Assembly (NCBI GenBank): GCA_963817895.1
Contig: CAWFQB010000003.1
Span: 288,001-352,000 of the forward strand
Direction of reading: 5' to 3'
DNA length: 64,000 nucleotides
Source: an uncultured Chthonomonadaceae bacterium
GTDB lineage: Bacteria; Armatimonadota; Chthonomonadetes; Chthonomonadales; Chthonomonadaceae
In this document: positions 60,282-64,000 of the stretch, in pieces
How positions within the stretch are numbered: position 1 is the stretch's first letter
How the letters are laid out: each line of letters opens with the position of its first letter
Position numbers and translations under genes: made by a program
The notes under the pieces: generated by a model
Database searches by the model: none
What the model saw: the letters and a program-made list of their open reading frames with translations, nothing else
Told to the model about the DNA's origin: nothing

Positions 60282-63200
60282 ATGTCCGTTAAGGAAATTC
60301 AGGGCCGTGCCAAACAGACCCGCCACACCGTTCAAATTCCCAACCTCGTTGAACTCCAACTTAACTCGTATCGCTGGTTTTTAGAAGAGGGCTTGCAGGA
60401 ACTGTTCGATAGTTTTTCACCGATTTATGATTTCACCGGCAATACTTCCATTTCGCTGACGAGTTTCACGCTGGGAGAACCCAAATACAGCGTGGAAGAG
60501 TGCCGTGACCGCGATATGACTTTCGAGTCGCCTATCAAGGCCAAAGTGCTGCTGCGGCAGGCCAGCAAAGAAGAGATCGAAAGCGAAGTGTATCTTGGCG
60601 ACCTGCCGCTGATGACCGATAAAGGAACGTTTATCATCAACGGCGCGGAGCGCGTCGTCGTCAGCCAGCTTGCCCGTTCGCCCGGCGTGTACTTCAAGGA
60701 CAGCCTGGACTTTTCCGGCAAGGTGCTGTACTTCGCCACCATCATTCCGCAGGAGGGCGCGTGGGTGGATGTGGAAACCGACAACGGCAACCTCATCACC
60801 GTCCGCATCGGGCAAACCAAGAAGTTCCCGCTGACAACCCTGCTGCGCGCCCTGATGGCCCGCGATGTGAACGGCGAACTGATTTACAAGCAGGCGTCCG
60901 CGCCGCTCGAAATGTCCATCAAGGACGTGCTTACCCGATTCTGGATTTATAAGAATGTAGAGATTCTGAATGAGGAGGGCAAGACTCGTGGCACGGAAGT
61001 GCAGAAAGACTTCTTCCTCGCGTATCGCCTGCATGAACCGGTCATAGATAAGAGTACCGGCGAAATCATAGCCGAGGGCGAAACCCTCGCGACCGAAGAA
61101 TTCCTGACCGAACTGGCAGGCAAAATCGGCGAGACTGCCATTATCAAACTGTATTCGCGCACGGAAGACACCCGCGACATTCTGGATATGTTCTCCACTC
61201 GCGTCACTCTGGAAGCGCCCGCCGCCGATGTGCTGATCGGCAAGCGCCCCGTTGAAGAGATCAGGAGCGACACGGACAAGATCATCGTCAAGGCGTACCA
61301 ACTTATCGGCGACAAAACGACAGCCAACGCGGTTGCAAAACTGAAACTGCCGACGCTGGAAGTTCTGGCTGTGAACCGCTACGTCGAAGCCGCGCTGGAA
61401 CAGGATGTGGCAACGGATTCCAGTTCCGCCCTGCTCGATATTTACAAGAAAATCCGCCCCGGCGACCCGGCAACGCTCGACTCTGCCAAGAACCTGGTGC
61501 AGTCCATCTTCTTCGACGCCCGCCGCTACGACATGGCGAAGGTGGGACGCTTCAAGGTCAACAAGAAACTCGGCTCGACCGTTCCCATGACGGCCCGAAC
61601 GCTGACCAAAGAAGACCTTGTCAGCATCCTGCGCTACATCATCAACCTGAACGCGAACGCCGACAACTACACGACGGACGACATTGACCACCTTGAAAAC
61701 AAGCGCGTCCGGTCTGTTGGCGAACTACTGACTTCGCAATTGCGCATGGGCTTTTTGCGCATGGAAAAAGTCGCCAAAGAGCGCATGACCAGTCTGGACA
61801 ACGACAACATCATCCCGCAGGTGATTTTGTCGGTCAAGCCCATTTCGGCGTCCATCAAGTCGTTCTTCGGCAGTTCGCAATTGTCGCAGTTTATGGATCA
61901 GACCAATCCGCTTGCGGAACTGACGGCAAAGCGGCGTTTGTCGGCACTCGGCCCGGGCGGTTTGTCCCGGCAGTCGGCCAAATTGGAAGTGCGCGACGTT
62001 CACCACAGCCATTACGGGCGCATCTGTCCGATTGAAACGCCTGAAGGCCCGAACATCGGTTTGATTGGCTCAATGGCCGTTCACGCCCGCATTGACGATT
62101 ACGGCTTTCTGGAAACGCCTTACCGCCTGGTGAAAAACGGGCAGGTTTCGGACGAACTCGTGTGGATGACAGCCGACATTGACCACCGGCACTATATCGC
62201 GCCCGCCAACCTGCAACTGGACGAGAACAACCGCTTTGTGGATGAACAAGTTCAGGTGCGCTTTGAAGAGGGCTATCCGAACGTCAAGCCCGCCAAAGTG
62301 GAGTTTATGGATGTGGCCCCGGTGCAGTTGATTTCCATTGCCACCGCCATGATCCCGTTCATTGAAAACGACGAGGCGACCCGCGCGCTTATGGGCGCGA
62401 ACATGCAGCGGCAAGCCGTGCCGTGCCTGCGCCCGGACGCCCCGCTCGTGAAAACGGGTATGGAACGCCGTTCCGCCCGCGATTCCGGCGCGGTGATTAT
62501 CGCCCGTCGTTCGGGTGTCGTGACCCGCGTGACAGCCGAGCAGATTGATGTGACCACGCAGGATGGACGCATTGACAGCTACCGGCTCATCAACCTGCTG
62601 CGCTCCAACAACTCGACCTGTATCACGCAGCGCCCGATTGTCAACAAGGGACAGCGGGTTCGGCAGGGGCAGGTCATTACGGACGGGCCATGTACGGATC
62701 AGGGCGAACTCGCGCTTGGACAGAACGTTCTCGTGGCATTCATGCCCTGGGGCGGCTACAACTACGAAGACGCCATTCTGCTCAGTGAGCGGCTCGTGAA
62801 GGATGACGTGTTCACGTCCATTCACATCGAAGAGTTCGACAGCGAAGCCCGCGATACCAAACTTGGCCCGGAAGAGATCACGCGCGATATTCCCAACGTC
62901 GGCGAGGACATGCTCAAAGACCTGGACGAAGAGGGCGTGATTCGCATCGGCGCGGAAGTGCGCCCGGACGAGATTCTGGTCGGCAAAGTGGCCCCCAAAG
63001 GCCAGGGCGAACTGACGGCGGAAGAGCGGCTTATCATCGCCATCTTCGGCAAAAAAGCGGAAGAGACTCGCGACGTAAGTTTGCGCGTCCCGCACGGTAA
63101 CGGCGGGCGCGTGGTGGATGTCAAGGTGTTTAGCCGCTTCAAGTATCAGGGCAGCCGCGACAAGCGCATTTACAACTTCTGTAAGCGGCCCGACGCGTCC

Positions 63201-64000
63201 GTGAAGGACATGGAGGACGGCGAACTGCTGCGCCTGCCCGCTGACGAACTGAACGCGGGCGTCAACATGAGTGTGCGCGTCTATATCGCTCAGAAGCGCA
63301 AAATCATGGAAGGCGACAAAATGGCCGGACGGCACGGCAACAAGGGCGTCATTTCCAAAATCCTGCCGATGGAAGACATGCCGTTTTTGCCGGACGGGAC
63401 TCCGGTTGACATCGTGCTGAACCCGCTCGGCGTCCCTTCCCGTATGAACATCGGGCAGATTCTGGAAACGCACCTGGGCTATGTCGGGCGGCACATGGAC
63501 TGCACCTTCGTCAACCCCGCCTTTGAAGGCTCGACGGAACACGAGATCGTGGCTGAAATGGATCGGCTTGCTGAACACTTCCGACGACGGACGCTTGAAA
63601 ACTACGTCAACAGCGAACTCCGGCTCGGAATGCAGTTCGCGGACGGACAGACCGCCGACGCGATGATGGGCGAAGTGCGAACCCGCCTGCAAGCGCTGGA
63701 TGGCAACCGGCTGGAACAAATCAGCAGCATCGTGGCCGCCGCGCCTCTGGTTTCGCCTGTACAGCGCGAACTGACAGCGGGGGATGGCAACGGCGCGGCA
63801 ATGCTTGCCGAGGAGACAGAACAACCCTCGATTAGCCTGGTTCCTGCCGATTATGACATGGAAACGATTGTCACGCGCATTCAGGACAACGCCTGGAAGC
63901 GAGCCGGATTCGATGGACACACGGGCAAAACGATGTTGCGCGACGGGCTGACGGGCGAAGACTTCGAGATGCCGGTCACAGTCGGCGTAATCTACATGCT
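60282..64000 (+). CDS. rpoB: DNA-directed RNA polymerase subunit beta (3' truncated by the window end; missing from the ORF track)
   Basis: [93 protein letters not shown]. Confidence 0.99.
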   Translation, partial: MSVKEIQGRAKQTRHTVQIPNLVELQLNSYRWFLEEGLQELFDSFSPIYDFTGNTSISLTSFTLGEPKYSVEECRDRDMTFESPIKAKVLLRQASKEEIESEVYLGDLPLMTDKGTFIINGAERVVVSQLARSPGVYFKDSLDFSGKVLYFATIIPQEGAWVDVETDNGNLITVRIGQTKKFPLTTLLRALMARDVNGELIYKQASAPLEMSIKDVLTRFWIYKNVEILNEEGKTRGTEVQKDFFLAYRLHEPVIDKSTGEIIAEGETLATEEFLTELAGKIGETAIIKLYSRTEDTRDILDMFSTRVTLEAPAADVLIGKRPVEEIRSDTDKIIVKAYQLIGDKTTANAVAKLKLPTLEVLAVNRYVEAALEQDVATDSSSALLDIYKKIRPGDPATLDSAKNLVQSIFFDARRYDMAKVGRFKVNKKLGSTVPMTARTLTKEDLVSILRYIINLNANADNYTTDDIDHLENKRVRSVGELLTSQLRMGFLRMEKVAKERMTSLDNDNIIPQVILSVKPISASIKSFFGSSQLSQFMDQTNPLAELTAKRRLSALGPGGLSRQSAKLEVRDVHHSHYGRICPIETPEGPNIGLIGSMAVHARIDDYGFLETPYRLVKNGQVSDELVWMTADIDHRHYIAPANLQLDENNRFVDEQVQVRFEEGYPNVKPAKVEFMDVAPVQLISIATAMIPFIENDEATRALMGANMQRQAVPCLRPDAPLVKTGMERRSARDSGAVIIARRSGVVTRVTAEQIDVTTQDGRIDSYRLINLLRSNNSTCITQRPIVNKGQRVRQGQVITDGPCTDQGELALGQNVLVAFMPWGGYNYEDAILLSERLVKDDVFTSIHIEEFDSEARDTKLGPEEITRDIPNVGEDMLKDLDEEGVIRIGAEVRPDEILVGKVAPKGQGELTAEERLIIAIFGKKAEETRDVSLRVPHGNGGRVVDVKVFSRFKYQGSRDKRIYNFCKRPDASVKDMEDGELLRLPADELNAGVNMSVRVYIAQKRKIMEGDKMAGRHGNKGVISKILPMEDMPFLPDGTPVDIVLNPLGVPSRMNIGQILETHLGYVGRHMDCTFVNPAFEGSTEHEIVAEMDRLAEHFRRRTLENYVNSELRLGMQFADGQTADAMMGEVRTRLQALDGNRLEQISSIVAAAPLVSPVQRELTAGDGNGAAMLAEETEQPSISLVPADYDMETIVTRIQDNAWKRAGFDGHTGKTMLRDGLTGEDFEMPVTVGVIYM

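Noticed and set aside
60417..63920. Long minus-strand ORFs of 424 and 616 aa
   Set aside because: Antisense shadows of rpoB, which the ORF track missed because it has no stop within the window.
1..64000. tRNA/rRNA genes, prophage or integrase
   Set aside because: None recognised by eye; tRNAscan-SE or barrnap would be needed to exclude them formally.

Overview
Bacterial chromosomal window, mostly moderately high GC. It is probably from Armatimonadota or a similar lineage; this is inferred from the prepilin/H-X9-DG protein, the DUF1549/1553+DUF1501 pair and the RpoB style. Many conserved genes carry apparent single-base frameshifts, most likely long-read consensus indels. Gene order: (1) an AT-richer segment with a degenerate EAL protein, a LuxR-type HTH and a TM-GAF protein; (2) queC; (3) a complex I operon nuoA-C-D-E-F-G-H-J-K-L-M-N that lacks nuoB and nuoI, is interrupted by two HEPN/partner gene pairs and an ADP-ribosylglycohydrolase, and has two Rex-like operators; (4) a RemA-like gene, DUF1501, DUF1549/1553, regulators, a peroxiredoxin and gdhA; (5) ileS with an unannotated Ile-rich leader-peptide attenuator; (6) an NDP-sugar nucleotidyltransferase behind a ~195-nt structured RNA with its own consensus promoter and terminator; (7) pdxA, two M16 peptidases, a PHP phosphatase, an M48 peptidase, a complete IS982-family element, two beta-propeller lipoproteins, an AddB-like gene and a multiheme cytochrome; (8) the 5' part of rpoB, with Ala at the rifampicin-binding His526-equivalent position. 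The most distinctive signal is a family of 7-10-nt tandem-repeat elements. They sit as inverted pairs between operon genes and are also inserted, mostly in frame, inside addB, ileS and the cytochrome gene, where three unrelated proteins gain the same EKRRxGEEET peptide.
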